From assembly GCA_015222405.1 (NCBI GenBank), contig JADFVG010000057.1, forward strand, positions 1 to 46,341: a stretch of DNA of 46,341 nt. Reading direction: 5' to 3'. A model generated the notes under the pieces. The model saw only the letters and a program-made list of their open reading frames with translations. It ran no database searches and was not told where the DNA came from. The position numbers and the translations under genes are program-made. Positions 46,328 to 46,341 of the stretch are shown in pieces. The stretch is from Chloroflexota bacterium. Lineage in GTDB: Bacteria; Chloroflexota; Dehalococcoidia; E44-bin15. Position 1 is the stretch's first letter; the number at the start of each line of letters is the position of its first letter.

Positions 46328-46341
46328 TGCCCAGTTTAGAT

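Noticed and set aside
39985-46341. The 3' half of tRNA-Ser downstream (split gene or intron-containing tRNA)
   Set aside because: No ACCGC stem strand followed by a variable arm, no GGTTCGAATCC-type T arm and no CCCCTCC acceptor strand were found on the plus strand in the rest of the window.

Overview
46.3-kb bacterial chromosomal window. G+C looks like roughly 50-57% by eye. tRNAs have an encoded CCA and many proteins carry zinc ribbons. The gene content suggests an anaerobe, possibly Chloroflexota (low confidence).

Core genes, in order:
- two adjacent acyl-CoA dehydrogenases
- a cytoplasmic molybdopterin oxidoreductase with its 4Fe-4S partner
- a zf / LemA / M48-protease trio
- an MFS transporter
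- one minus-strand block: hdrD-like, hdrA, recF, then a four-subunit group 3b [NiFe]-hydrogenase
- a livGFHM-type ABC importer
- rtcA, a sirtuin and uvrA
- greA-lysS-serS and a CrtI-family oxidoreductase
- otsA and a LEA-like protein

The unusual content is mobile-DNA scar tissue:
1. A 46-nt duplicate of the 3' half of tRNA-Arg(UCU) brackets a 1.9-kb islet holding only a PaaK-like ligase.
2. A 38-bp perfect inverted repeat pair (33807 / 39610) brackets greA..crtI. One copy ends a transposase pseudogene, so the repeats are IS-end relics.
3. An orphan 5' half of tRNA-Ser(UGA) at 39946 is followed by an ORF-free region with two short tandem-repeat arrays, an amber-interrupted XRE-like ORF, an excisionase-type HTH gene, a 183-aa orphan and a wHTH-AAA+ protein with MCM-clade motifs. 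No integrase is visible. This block is my best candidate for an undescribed element or system.

Other points: a eukaryote-style C2H2 finger protein, a greA leader terminator, a 1.6-kb ORF-poor stretch at the left end, and a long, possibly structured leader at 15.0-15.3 kb. No rRNA and no CRISPR array were seen.
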